A stretch of 64,000 bases of DNA from the human T2T-CHM13v2.0 reference genome, Homo sapiens. Position 1 is the stretch's first letter, and every line of letters starts with the position of its first letter. Below the pieces are notes generated by a model that had not been told where the DNA came from, did no database searches, and saw only the letters and a list, made by a program, of their open reading frames with translations. The stretch lies in assembly GCF_009914755.1 (NCBI RefSeq), contig NC_060930.1; one strand, written 5' to 3'. This document shows positions 32,046 through 45,875 of the stretch, piece by piece. The translations under genes were made by a program, and so were the position numbers.

Positions 32046-32438
32046 ATCTAGTAGCTACCAACATTGTCTTTGAGTCTCATATCCAAAAGTGATTAGCAAA
32101 GTTATGATAAAAAACTTGATCTACCTGAGCCCTGAGTCTCCCACCTAAGGAGACCTTCTGAGCTTTCATTTCAGACACTGTATATCCATTTTCTATAATT
32201 TCTCTGTAACCTTTTCGAGGACTTGACTCTTATATTTTCCTACTATGCTAAAGGCCAATAATCAAGCACAATGAGAAGAAATAAATTGTTTAAGGTAACA
32301 TGAGATCTATTTGTAAGAATGATCTTAAATAGTGCAAAGGACAAAGAATAGTTCAAAGTAGCATTGAAAGCTGCTTGGAAAGAAATGAAAAATTTCTATT
32401 AAAATATGTAAAGTCTATAGGAAAAGGTAGTAAAACTT

Positions 32439-33083
<645 letters not shown>

Positions 33084-33234
33084 TCAAATTCCTGTTTGAT
33101 TCTCAGCTCTTCAGATGATTAACTTCTTGAATTTGGGCCAGAACTCATGGAAATACCGAAGACACAGCACACCATCAGGGCTCACAAAGGTTTTTCAGGA
33201 GCCAACACAGCTGTGGCCTCAAGAGAATCCAGAC

Positions 33235-33394
33235 CAGTGATTTCCAAACTGTAATGTGCAAATTACCTGGGGATCATGTTAAAATGCAGATTATGATTCA
33301 GTAAGTCTAATGTTTGACCAGATATTCTGCATTTCCCACAAGCTCATGGTGATGCTGATGCTGCTGGTCTTGGACCACACTTTGAGCAGAGAGG
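33235..33394. mobile_element. MER5A hAT element
   Basis: 'cagtgatttccaaactgtaatgtgca...gttaaaatgcagatt...gatgctgatgctgctggtc...accacactttgag'. Confidence 0.85.
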
Positions 33395-33672
33395 ATCTAA
33401 ATTTCTTCAGCAATGAGAGTTATTAAACCCTTTTCTAGTGCTCTGCCAACATTGTGGTTCTTTCTCTGCCTCTGTGCCTTTCCATGTATTTGTAGCTTCT
33501 ATCCCATCTCTAATCACTTGTATCTTAATTATTAATTCCACAAGAGAAAAGATCAAATTGATTTATCTCAAGGTAGTGGAAATATAGGCATCTTTTAAAA
33601 AATATTTTTTATTTCAATAGCTTTTGGGGTACAAGTGGTTTTTGGTTACATGGATGAATTATATAGTAGTGA

Positions 33673-34039
<367 letters not shown>

Positions 34040-34306
34040 CCCAATATGTGGTTTTTTATCCCTCACCCCCCACCCAACCTCCTGTTTCTAAGCCTCCAAA
34101 GCCCATTATACCACTCTGTATGCCTTTGTATACTCATAGCTTAGCTCCCACTTATAAGGGAGAGTATGCAGTTTTTGATTTTCCATTCCTGAGTCACTTC
34201 ACTTAGAATAATGGTCTCCAGCTCCATCCAAGTGCTGCAAAAGACGTTATTTTGTTCCTTTTATGACTGAGAAGTACTGCATGGTGTATATATATCACAT
34301 TTTCTT

Positions 34307-34965
34307 TAATTTTTATTTTTATTTTAAGTTTTGGGGTACATGTGCAGCATGTGCAGGTTTGTTACATAGGTAAACATGTGCCACGGTGGTTTGCTGCACC
34401 TATCAACCCATCATCTAGGCATTAAGCCCAGCATGAATTAGCTGTTTTTCCTTATGCTCTCCCTCTCCCACCACACACCCCAGCAGGCCCCAGAGTGTGT
34501 TGTTACCCTCCCTGTGTCCATCTATTCTCATTGTTGAGCTCCCACCTGTAAGTAAGAACATGCGGTGTTCTGTTTTGTTACTGTGTTAGTTTGCTGAGAA
34601 TAATGGCTTCCAGCTCTCTCCATGTCCCCGCAAAGGACATGATCTCATTCATTTTTTTTATGGCTGCATACTATCCCATGGTGTATATGTACCACATTTT
34701 CTTTATCTACTCTATCATCGATTGGCATTTGGGTTGATTCCATGTCTTTGCTATTGTGACTAGTGCTGCAATGAACATACACATCCATGTATCTTTGTAA
34801 TAGAATGGGTTATATTCCTTTGGGTGTATACTAAGTAATGGGATTGCTGGGTCAAATGGTATTTCTGCTTCTAGCTCTTTGAGGAATTGCCACATCATCT
34901 TCCACAATGGTTGAACTAATTTACATTACCATCAACGGTATAAAAGTGTTTCTATTTCTCCACAA
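34307..34965 (-). mobile_element. L1PA (PA8-PA10-like) 3' fragment nested in L1PB
   Basis: Perfect 15-bp TSD atatcacattttctt at 34292-34306 and 34966-34980; L1PA 3' UTR 'ggtacatgtgcag...tttgttacataggtaaac'. Confidence 0.9.
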
Positions 34966-36604
34966 ATATCACATTTTCTTATCCACTCATTGGTTGATGG
35001 GCACTTAGGTTGGTTCCAGATCTTTGCAATTGTGAACTATGCTGCAATAAACATACATATGCATGCGTCTCTTTAATATAATAACTTCTTTTCCTTTAGG
35101 TAGATACCTGGTAGTGGGACTGCTGGACCAAATGGTAGATCTACTTTTAGTTCTTTAAGAAATCTGTATACTGTTTTCCATAGAGGTTGTACTAATTCAC
35201 ATTCCCACAAGCAGTGTATAAGCATTCCCTTTTCACCACATGCACACCAACATCTATTGTTTTTTGACTTTTTAATAATGGCCATTCTGACTGGGGTAAG
35301 GAGATAGTTCACTGTGATTTTAATTTGCATTTCTCTGATGATTAGTGATGTTGAGCATTTTTTTCATGTTTCTTGGCCATTTGTATATCTTCTTTTGAGA
35401 AATGTCTATTCATGTCATTGCCCATTTTGGATGGAATTATTTCATTTTTTTCTTGCCGATTTATTTGAATCAAATTTGTTTGAGTTCCTTGTGGATTCTC
35501 AATACTAGTCCTTTGCCATACACACAGTTTGCAAATATTTTCTCCCATTCTGTGGGTTATCTCTTTACTCTGTTGACAATTTCTTTCACTGTGCAGGAGC
35601 TTTTTAGTTTAAATAGATCTCATTTGTTTATTTTTGTTTTTGTTGTATTTACTTTTGGGAATTTAGTCATAAATTCTTTGTCTTGGTCAGTGTCTAAAAG
35701 AGTTTTTCGGAAGTTATCTTTTAGAATTTTTATGGTTTCAGGTCTTAGGTTTAAGTCTTTGATCTGTCTTTAATTGATTTTTGTGTTAGGTGAGAGATAG
35801 GGATCCAGTTTCATTCTTCTACATGTGGCTAGCCAGTTTTCCCAGCACTATTAAATAGGGTGTCTTTTCCCCCATTTATGTTTTTGTATGCTTTGTCGAA
35901 GATCAGTTGGTTTTAAGTATTTGGCTTTATTTCTGGGTTCTCTATTCTGTTCTATTGGTCTATGTGCCTACTTTTATACTAGTACCATGCTATTTTGGTA
36001 ACTATAGCCTTGTAGTATAATTTGAAGTCTGGTAATGTGATGTCTCTAGATTTGTTTTCTCTGTTTAGTATTGTTTTGGCTATGTGGACTCTTTTTTTGG
36101 TTCCATAGGAATTTTAGGAATTCTTTTTCTAATTCTGGGAACAATGATGTTGATATTTTGATGGGAAATGCACTGAATCTGTAGATTGCTTTGAGCAGTA
36201 TGGTCATTTTCACACTATTGATTCTCCCAATCCATGAGCATAGGATGTGTTTCCATTTGTTTTTGCCATCTATGATTTCTTTCAGCAGTGTTTTGTAGTT
36301 CTCCTCGTATAGATCTTTTACTTCCTTGGTTAAGTATATTCCTAGGTATTTTATTTTATTTTGCAGCTGTTGTAAAGGGGTTGAGTTCTTGATCTGATTC
36401 TCAGCTTGGCCGTTGTTGGTGTATAGCAGTACTACCGATTTGTGTACGTTGATTTTGTAACCTGAGACTTTACCATGTATTTAGTAGCTTCTTCCTCACA
36501 TTTAATTAGTCCAAATGCATAATGTATAATAAAGTCAAAACTGACATTGGCCAAGATCAAAGACCTTCAGAATCCCCTCCTCTGATCATTCTTGCTTTTT
36601 GTAG

Positions 36605-36880
36605 CAATATTAATATTCACTATTTTTTGAGCACCCACTATGTGTGAGGTGTGGGTTGGATGTTTTGCATACATTCTCATTTCATTTTCACAACAACCGT
36701 ACAAGACAGACTTTATTAATTTCATTTTCTGGAAAGGAAAACTAATAATTTTGGTTAACTCAGTATCCAAATTGATTTGTACAGAAATCTGAGGCTCACA
36801 GAGGCAAAATATATTATCCATGGTCATACAACTGGAATTTGAACCCATGTTTGCCAAACTCTAAGTCCTGTGCTATTTCT
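36605..36880 (-). mobile_element. MIR
   Basis: 'tttttgagcacccactatgtg', 'ctgaggctcacagagg', 'ggaatttgaaccca'. Confidence 0.75.
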
Positions 36881-38479
36881 GGTACATTTCCTAAATCTTA
36901 CTGAACATATTCATTGTCCTCATCCTGACATTCTCTCTCCTTTTAGGCCATAACCCATATTCTGGCTTCCCTTATTTCAAGTATTTTATGGTAGCATCCC
37001 AGAAACTAACGACTCCACATACATTTCTTGGTTTTTACTTTGCCCATTCTCATGCCTAATTCTTACCATCTGATTTTTGTCCTCCTGCTCCAATGTCTGG
37101 AGATTAAAATAATATAAAAATGTGGAGTAAATCCTTTGGAAGCTGGAAGATTTATTTAGCACCTAAAAGGTTAACTCCAGTGCCCACACAGGTGTTGTTG
37201 ATGGGTGCCAGTCAAAAGCAGCTAATACTCAAAGAATAACTCAGTCTTATGAAAACACAGCCAGACCTTTTAGGAACCAGGCCAGGAGCAGTTTCAGCTG
37301 TAGACCAAAAGGATGAAGACTGAGTCCACAGGGAACATTCCAGGAATCACATAAATACCTGAGACTTAGTACCAGGGCGTGAGCAGGGCTTGGATCTAGA
37401 AGAGCCTGGTACGGCTAGAGGTCATGCTATAAGCATCCAAATAGACAGGGTGTAGGCTGCAAGACACAGTGGGCTAGCTGAGTGTTCTGCCTCTTTCCTA
37501 AGGAGTGGCCTGTGGCTACCCGCTATGTTTACACTCAAATGTGCAGAGTCTGAAGCAAAGTATCTAAAGTTAATCTTCAGTGGCTTGGGCTGAGGACTCA
37601 CTGAAGTCAGCAATCCTTGAATCAGCTCTCTTGATTTTCTATTACGTTCCCTACAGCATTTACCCTATTAGTTTCTAGTCACAGCCTCTCACCCTTTCTA
37701 AACAACCCCAGCATGACTTTACTCTGAATTTGGAGATGTTCCATGTGAGCATCAGTTTCCTTCCAGTCCACCTTAGCAAATTCTTCAGCATTTTAATTTT
37801 TTAAATTCGTCTTCTCCTTCCATCCTCATGCCTTCCATCTTGGAACTCACACTTGCTCCACCACTGCTGCTTCCTTCAATGGCATCTTCTCTTACCTGCC
37901 TTTTCACTGGTCTCCTCTCTCAAGTTCTTTCTATTACTCAGGTCTTTCTTATCCTAAAGTATTTATGTACTTTCAATTTTCTTGCCTATTTGAGGCACTC
38001 TGTTTCCTCATGCCATCTTCAGTTTCTACTTCCTCACCTCCAACTATCATTCAACCCTTTGCCACTGACTTGTGCTAAAATATCTCCTTTCCAGCTAATC
38101 AGGGACATCTAATTGCCAAGACCCCTGTAGAGCTGTGGATCCCCTTGACCGCTTCCTTCCACTGGCAACTCTCGCCTCTATGGTGCTGAATCCCCTGGTT
38201 CCTCTCCTGTTCCTTCTTTGCTTTGTTTTACTGTCTCCTCTTCCCACAGCCCATATATAGGCAAGTCCTAACATTTGCTTTATCCCTAATGATGGTAAAA
38301 GCTTCCACTACTTAAGCCATATACTCTACACATCAATCCAGTTTCAGTGTCCATCATTGACCTACTGAATCCAGCTCTGCCCTTTGAGTTGAGTTTATTT
38401 TAGTCTGGTTGTCCTGATTGGGTCTCAAGGTGCTCATCGTTTTCTGTATGCCCTCCCTCCTAACCTCAGAGAATAATAG

Positions 38480-38700
38480 TTATTATAATTATAGTTACTA
38501 ATATGTATATGTTATAGATGTGCTTCTATGTGCTATAGGTTATCTATTGCAATGCCAATGGCATCTCAATGAGGTAGGTGTTTTTATCCTCATTTTATAA
38601 ATGAGAACACTGAGATCGTGATATAACTGGCCCAAGTTCATACAGTGGAGCTGGGATTCAAAGCCAGATCTAACTGCATCAACCTATATTAACTTTTATG
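38480..38700 (-). mobile_element. MIR
   Basis: 'atcctcattttataaatgagaacactgag...ggagctgggattcaaagccag'. Confidence 0.75.
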
Positions 38701-39918
38701 CTTTGAGGACAGTTTAAGATAGTAGTTAAACACATGGCAGCTGATGCTAAATTTTCTAGGTTCCAGTGTTGGCTTATGTTGAGATACCCTTGCAAGTTTT
38801 ATTTGATCCTTAAAGTCTTTGACAAAACAAGAGAAGCTTCAGGCAACTAAACTTGTATTGACTGCTAGGCTGAGAGAAAGTCAGAACTGCTCCCCTGTGG
38901 ACTGTCTTTTGGCATTTGAAAGATCCTTCTCCTCCTCCTCTTCCTCTTCCTCCATCTTTTAGCATCTGCACTGGTAGCACAGTAGTTATCTGTCAAATAT
39001 TTGTTGAATGCTGATTATGTCCCAGTCACTGTGCTAGACACACAATGACATCAACAGTGAACTCTCAGATATAAATAAAACTGCTTTCTGAGAATGGGAC
39101 AGTGTGAGCCTGAGCCAAATTGCAAAATGACAAAGATAGGCTCTATACCATTTCCCTTCTCCTCTCATTATCCTTTTGGCATGGACCCCACCCCTCTTCC
39201 AAAAGCCTAGGCCTTTGTTGCCACTCCCTAGATTTCTGAAGCAAACAGCATATTAGCTGGAAAGAGGCATTGGATCAGGGCTCAGGAGACCTTTCCTGAT
39301 ACTGCCACTGTATTTATTTGGTCAAATTGCTCTATCACAAAGAGTTTCAGTGTTCTCCGCTACAAATGTGAAGTTGTGTTGAGGCTGCCTGGAAGACAGC
39401 ACTAACCATCACTGAAGAAGTATCTTAGGCCCTTGGATAAACATTTTAGAGGGAATCTCTAAAATAAGCTAGTTTTAATGGTAGTCAAATTGCTATTAAA
39501 TTTAGGTTTCCAAAATATTTTACTATTGTTAAACTAAGGTTTCCAAAAATATTTTACTCTTCAAAGCAAATTAACAGAATGTGAGTATTACGGCATAATG
39601 GCACAAATTTTTATTTTTTCTCAATTTGTTTCTGGCATTTTAAAGGCATCCACTGTGGGATAATTGGCATTGTTTAGTTTATTATACAGAATAAAGGCAT
39701 TCTCTTCTCCATGTCCCCTTTAGTTGATTAAACTCATTGGGAATCACTTTGGATAACCCTTTAGAAAAATAATTTAGATTAAAAACTTTTATTTCTATTA
39801 TACATTTTTATGTAAGTAAGGCAGAGACATTGTGAGACTTTCAAAGGAAAGAATGAAACAATAAAATTTGTATGCTACAAATTGAACACAATCCATGTCA
39901 ATACTTTCTCAATTTGAG

Positions 39919-40162
39919 CAGTGAATCTCAACTGGGACAGTTTTGCTCCCCCCTCCCCTGCCCACTCCAGCCCAGAGGACATATGGTAATATCTGGAGAT
40001 ATTTTTGATTGTCACAACTTGGCAACTGGAGGACAGGTGTTACTGGCATTTAGCGGGTAGAGGCAGGAGCGCTGCCAAGCATCCTGCAATGCACGGGACA
40101 CCTCCACTCCCCAAGAGTCATCCAGTCCAAAATGCTTATAGTGCCAAGGTTGAAAACCCTTG
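39919..40162 (+). mobile_element. MER20 (hAT-Charlie)
   Basis: 'cagtgaatctcaactgggacagttttgc...tctggagatatttttgattgtcacaac...gtgccaaggttgaaaacccttg'; degenerate TSD aatttgag/acttagag. Confidence 0.9.
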
Positions 40163-40399
40163 ACTTAGAGACACAGCCAGGGTGGTTCAAACCTGTCTTC
40201 TAGTTGCTAAACTGGAACACTTCATGGGTATATGAACTGAATTCTGCTAAAAACAAACAAAAATAAAAATCAAAATGGAGTTTCTCTAAATTTCATAGGG
40301 ATAGAGTTGGTGGCATTCCACTGATGGCAATGTACTCACCACTTCTGTCTTTATTTTGGCATGCAGAGCTTAATTATCTGCAACAGCACCCATGGTGAG

Positions 40400-40890
40400 A
40401 AAAGGAAGTTGTCATGATGGTACAAGAAGAAATAACCACCCCCAAAGTCCTGGAAAAGTTTCAATAAAAGTGGCAGTCAGGAGAAATGGAAGGAGGTAAC
40501 TGTCACCCTCTTTCTAAAACAACTGAGCCCTCCTGGAGGCAACTGCCTTCAGCCACGCTGTGTCAAAAGGACCTTGTCAAGTAAAGGCTGTAATTGCCAA
40601 CAATTTCCCTGGGAAAAAGGGAAAGAAAAAAACTGAAAAGTTTCTGTCACTCTGCGAATTGCTTTAACACAAAGCACAAAGGGTGGGTGGATGTGACAGC
40701 TTTTAAGCAGACAGTTGTTCTAGGTGAGCCAGCAATAGAGTGACCCTGCAGATGTTTAATGAGCCCAGTGGAATGAGTTCACTTTGCTCCCCTCCACTAG
40801 CTGTGAACTGTTCTCACCAAGAAGTACTGAGTCAGGGTACAAATATTTTTGAGTAAGATGTGCAATTTCTCTTGGTTGCCTATAAATACA
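40400..40890. promoter_or_regulatory. Candidate enhancer: TGACA cluster, AP-1 site, TATA-like box
   Basis: Six TGACA/TGTCA in 40410-40698; TGAGTCA 40828-40834; TATAAATA 40881-40888; no repeat recognised. Confidence 0.4.
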
Positions 40891-41583
40891 TTGTAAAATG
40901 TATAGCATTGCAGAATTATAGTCTGTTAGAAACATAAAACGATAAAGAAATTAATGTTAAAAGATAAAGAAATTAAGGATAGTATTTATTCCTACATGAG
41001 ACAGAAGAGACAAGAGCCTAATACATGGAGAGTGTATGAAACATCAGGGACCTTAGGGTCAGGAAACGATAGGTACCTTCTCTTTCTTCCTTCACACCAG
41101 AAAATACCCCAAATTGTTGACAATGTTGCCTCAATGCTTTTCAAGTAGGTGGTAAAGGATTATAGGTAAGAAGCTAAGAATGGGGGAAATATGTCTAGTG
41201 GGACAGAGTTTTGGGGAAGGGAGCACATCTAGGGAAGAGATCAGACTCTGGAATGGCTTCCAGATGCTGATTTCCAAGGTTCCAAGGTGAGTGCCCAGAG
41301 ACAGGGGTACATAAATTCCAGCCACTAACCCAATGCAGTCTCTTTGACTACATTGTTCATATATTTATCAAACTTCTGTCTGTATATATGCACAGAAAGA
41401 TGTCCATAATGATGTTTGCTAATTGCTAATGCTGGCTTTTTCTGTATGGTAGGAATTGGGATGCTTTATTACTTTTTTCTTAATTTTTTTAATTGATTGA
41501 CATTTTAAATAGGCACATATTTAAAAAAAGTAATTACAATGCAAAAGCAAAACTCAACCAACCAACAGAACCAACCAACCAAT

Positions 41584-41711
41584 CAGGGCTGAGACTAAAG
41601 TGAGGCAAGTCAGGTTCCAAGGGCACAAAATTTAAGGAGGCACTCCCTCTAAGGGTCATCCAAGTACAACCTAGGCTCCTCAGTTGCCTCCCTATAGTCC
41701 CAGACAGCCCT
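41584..41711. mobile_element. MER96-like hAT-Tip100 MITE, internally deleted
   Basis: 'cagggctgagacta...gggcacaaaatttaaggaggcactc...ttgcctccctatagtcccag'; inverted ends agggctg/cagccct. Confidence 0.6.
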
Positions 41712-43109
41712 TTCAACAATACAGGGGGACTACAGATCAATGTGGATGAAGAACTACATGTTTGGAATCCTGCGTAGATAAGTAAAGCATACTCTTTCTT
41801 CATTATAAATGATTATTTTGCTTAACTGTCTGCAAAAGAAATCATAGCCTTTACATTTCAGAAGTTAATTGATGAGATACTCTTAAACTAACCAACACCA
41901 AATTTTCCCGTTCTTTTCCTCTCCCTCAATTCAACACATGGTTGAGTAAGCTATAGCTTCTGGCCAGGGCCAGGGAAGGGTGCTAGAGAGGGGCATGCTT
42001 TCTCCAGCATCTTGCTCTTCCCTCAACTAGGGCTCTCCTGATCACATTAGCTAAAGCAGCACACCATCTTCCTCTGTTTTTCCAGCCCATTTTTCTGCTT
42101 TAACATCTTCCTGGTGGTTATCATATTCCAAACATATTCACACTTTACATATGTAGCTTTATTTTGTATATCGTGTTTGATTGCTTGTCTTGCCTTGTTA
42201 GAACATAAGCTCTGCAATGCTACCCTCATGGAAGCATGATAGCACATAGTGGATTTTAGTTAATATTTGCTGAATGGAAGAATGAATGAGTTCATTGGAT
42301 TTTCAATGAATGATTGTGAATCTGATACTGTTCTTGGCAACCTGAATATGAATAAAATATACAGTCTTTGCTCTCTACAGAAAGTCCACATGCTAGACTC
42401 TTTCCCTGCCTCCGCTCCCAGGCCTGTTCATTTGCCTCAGACAATCTTATCTAACAAACACTGAACTTTTGTTTTTACCCCTTTTTCCTTTTCTTATATT
42501 CTCTGTCTCCTTTTTTTTCCCTCAACTTTTGCCTAATTATAATAGGGGAATATTTGTTCCTCCCCTAAAAAATATCACTGAGTGATGAACATTAAAAAAT
42601 AGTGTTAGTAATTACACATTTATCAAGAGAATCAATTTTGGAGAGAAAACAGTAACAATAGTATTATTGACTGTGAATGTCTATTAAGTGCTCGCTATAT
42701 ACCTGACTCCGCCAAGCAATTATGTGCATTGCCTAACATAATCAGTACAGATAAGAAAAGGATGGTGCAAGAAGTAACTTGCCCAGGCCACAGAGCTGGT
42801 AACTGGTCTGAACTCATGTCAATCTGATTCCAGATCTTGACTTCTCCCAGGGGTAACAGGGAAGCTGAATTGCTAATTTCCAGTATAATTCTCTCTGTGG
42901 GGTTTCTCCTCCATCCCCTCACACATTACGAGCAGAATGAGATGTTGCTTTCTTCACACTCCTATAGCACTCTGCTCATACACTACTTCAGCTCTTATCA
43001 CATAAAATGTTTGGTATGCATCTGAAAAGTTCAGCTGGGTACATTTTCACTCATTACCAGTGTTATAAACTATTTGATTCCCTTTTCATTGCAATCAGGG
43101 TTGTAATAG

Positions 43110-43340
43110 AAGTAGGAGCTTCAGGTTTAGACAGACCAGAGTTCAAAAGCTGGCATCTGCTACTTACTAGCTGTGTCATGATGGGGAAATTATTTAACCC
43201 TTCTGAATCTTAGCATACTCATGTGTAGCATGAAGATAATGATACTCGTGTAGTGGTGTAATAGGAATAAGCTAAGATATGTCTGTAAAGGGCCTGGCAT
43301 AGTGTCTCAGACAACATAGGTGCTCAGTGAGTACTTTTCA
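43110..43340 (+). mobile_element. MIR
   Basis: 'tctgctacttactagctgtgtcatgatggggaaattatttaacccttctgaatcttag'. Confidence 0.85.
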
Positions 43341-43674
43341 TCTCTCTCCTGCCCACCTTGACTCTGATTCTCCCACTACATCTTACACAGCATTTCAGCT
43401 ATATTACATGTTACCTACTATGGTTTGCATTAGTTTTCTATTACTGCTCAACAAATTACCCAAACTTAGCAGCTTAAAACACAAACACTTATTATCTCAA
43501 ATTTTCTCTGGGCCAGAGATCTGGGACCATCTTAGCTGGGTAGTTTTAGGTTGATCTCTTATGAGGTTACAGTCAAAATGTCAGCCGGAGCTACAGTCAT
43601 CTCAAGGCTCAACTGGGGGGAAAATTTGCTTCCAAGTTCACTGACATTGCTGCTGAGATGCTTTAGGAGATCTG

Positions 43675-44125
43675 TGTCTTAGTCCATTTTTGCTATAAAG
43701 GAATAACTGAAGCTGGGTAATTTATAAATAAAAGTTTTTTGTTTGTTTGTTTGTTTTTGGCTCATGGCTCTGCATCTGTTGAGGGCCTCAAGCTGCTTTC
43801 ACTCATGGAGGAAGGGGAAGAGGAGCCAATGTGTGCAAATCACACGGGGAGACAGAAAGTGAGACAGAGGAGGTGCCAGGCTCTTTTCAACAATCAGTTC
43901 TGTGGGAACTAACAGTGAGAATTCTCTCACTCCTGTGAGAATGGCACAAAGCCATTCATAAGGGATTTGCTCCTACAATCCAAACACCTTCTGCCAAGCC
44001 CCATCTCCTAAGGGATTTGCTCCTACAATCCAAACACCTTCTGCCAAGCCCCATCTCCAACACTGGGGATCAAATTTCAACATGAGACTTGGTGGGGACA
44101 AGCAAACCATACCCAGATTATAACA
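43675..44125 (-). mobile_element. MSTB-type MaLR solo LTR nested in MLT1F
   Basis: 'tgtcttagtccatttttgctataaaggaata' to 'cagattataaca'; perfect TSD atctg at 43670-43674 and 44126-44130. Confidence 0.9.
43959..44058 (+). repeat. Perfect 50-bp tandem duplication
   Basis: 43959-44008 is identical to 44009-44058. Confidence 0.97.
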
Positions 44126-44460
44126 ATCTGCTCTAAGCTTACTCCTGTGGGCTTCTCTATAGGGCTATCTCAGGACATGGCAGCTGGCTTTCCCCAGAGC
44201 AAGCAACCCAAGAGAGAGTGAGAGACAGCACCCAAGATGGAAACCATAGCCTTTTTATAATTTGATCTTGAGAGTGACAGCCCATGACTCTTACTGTATT
44301 TTATTCATTAGAAGTGAGTCAATAAGTCTGGCCAACACTCAAGGGGAGGGAATACTACAAGAGCACAAATACCAAGAGGTGGAGATCACTGGGACCATTT
44401 TAGAGTCTGCCTATACCACATGGTTTAAATAGTCTTACAGAGCTAACCTGAGGATTATGA

Positions 44461-44774
<314 letters not shown>

Positions 44775-45478
44775 ATCATCTCATTACCTTTTATAGAAAA
44801 CTTAGTCTTGCCTTTATAAAAGGGACTGACTTACTCACCTTGAGACCATAAATATTACTAAACTGGGTAACATGCTATACCAGTAATAGAGTTTCAACAC
44901 AATCTAAAAAATAATGATAATGGTGATAATGATTTCTTTTGCATAGACTTAGAAGTTATCATACTATCTTTCCATTCCTATTCTATGTAAAACTACATTT
45001 TTTCTTTGATTCATTTTTTTAAAAACTATTTCTTCTAAGGCTGTCCCCTTGGTACATTTTACACTTTCTTTTCCTTGGTCTGTAGACACACACACACCCA
45101 GCTTCCTTCCTCAGGGAGCACCAAAGGTCAGGTAGAAAGTCATGGAGAAATAAAAATACCACTTTCAGCCCTTACTGAAAGGGCAACTTGTTTGTTATTC
45201 CCAACTAAGCCACAGTGTGCTCCAATTATCTCCCCAGAGCAAAATGTCCTGCCTATGACTTATCTTCTCTCTTTTTTCCCCTTTCTCTTGCTGGCTGCCT
45301 TTAGTTATGGCACTGCCTGGTTGCATTAGCTTCTAGTTGCAACTAGATGCCTAGCTGCATCCCCTAAAGGGGATGAAATTGATCAAGTTTGATATTTATA
45401 TCCATTCAGGTTGATAATAAAGATTATATAACTACTAAAGTATGTAAGATATAAGTAGCAAAACATATTTAAATATAC

Positions 45479-45646
45479 ATTAAATTTTTATTTTACAATT
45501 ATTTTTTAATTTTTTAAATTAAATTAAATTTTTATTTTACAATTATTTTTTAGTTTTTTAAATTAAATTAAATTGTAAAAATAATTTAATATTTTACAAT
45601 TATTAAAATACATATACTGTGTATATATATATATCTCCAAGCAGGT

Positions 45647-45687
<41 letters not shown>
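45479..45687. repeat. AT-rich 44-bp tandem repeat followed by (TA)n
   Basis: 'attaaatttttattttacaattatttttta' at 45479 and 45523; (TA)n at ~45654-45687. Confidence 0.9.
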
Positions 45688-45691
<4 letters not shown>

Positions 45692-45875
45692 TCCAACAAT
45701 AGAGGTATGATAGTTCATGTTCTTCTATTTCTATGAATTACTGAGAATCCATTTTATTAGAGAAATAGAGTATCTATAACTTTCCATCCTCAACAAATTC
45801 TGCTTTTGCATCATTCTTTCTCAGTAGAAAGAAATAAGGAGCCAGATGAATATACATAAAAAGGAAGATAAGGGA

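Larger units (their letters stand above)
43426..44420 (-). mobile_element. MLT1F-type LTR hosting MSTB
   Basis: TG..CA ends; perfect TSD tggtt at 43421-43425 and 44421-44425. Confidence 0.88.
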
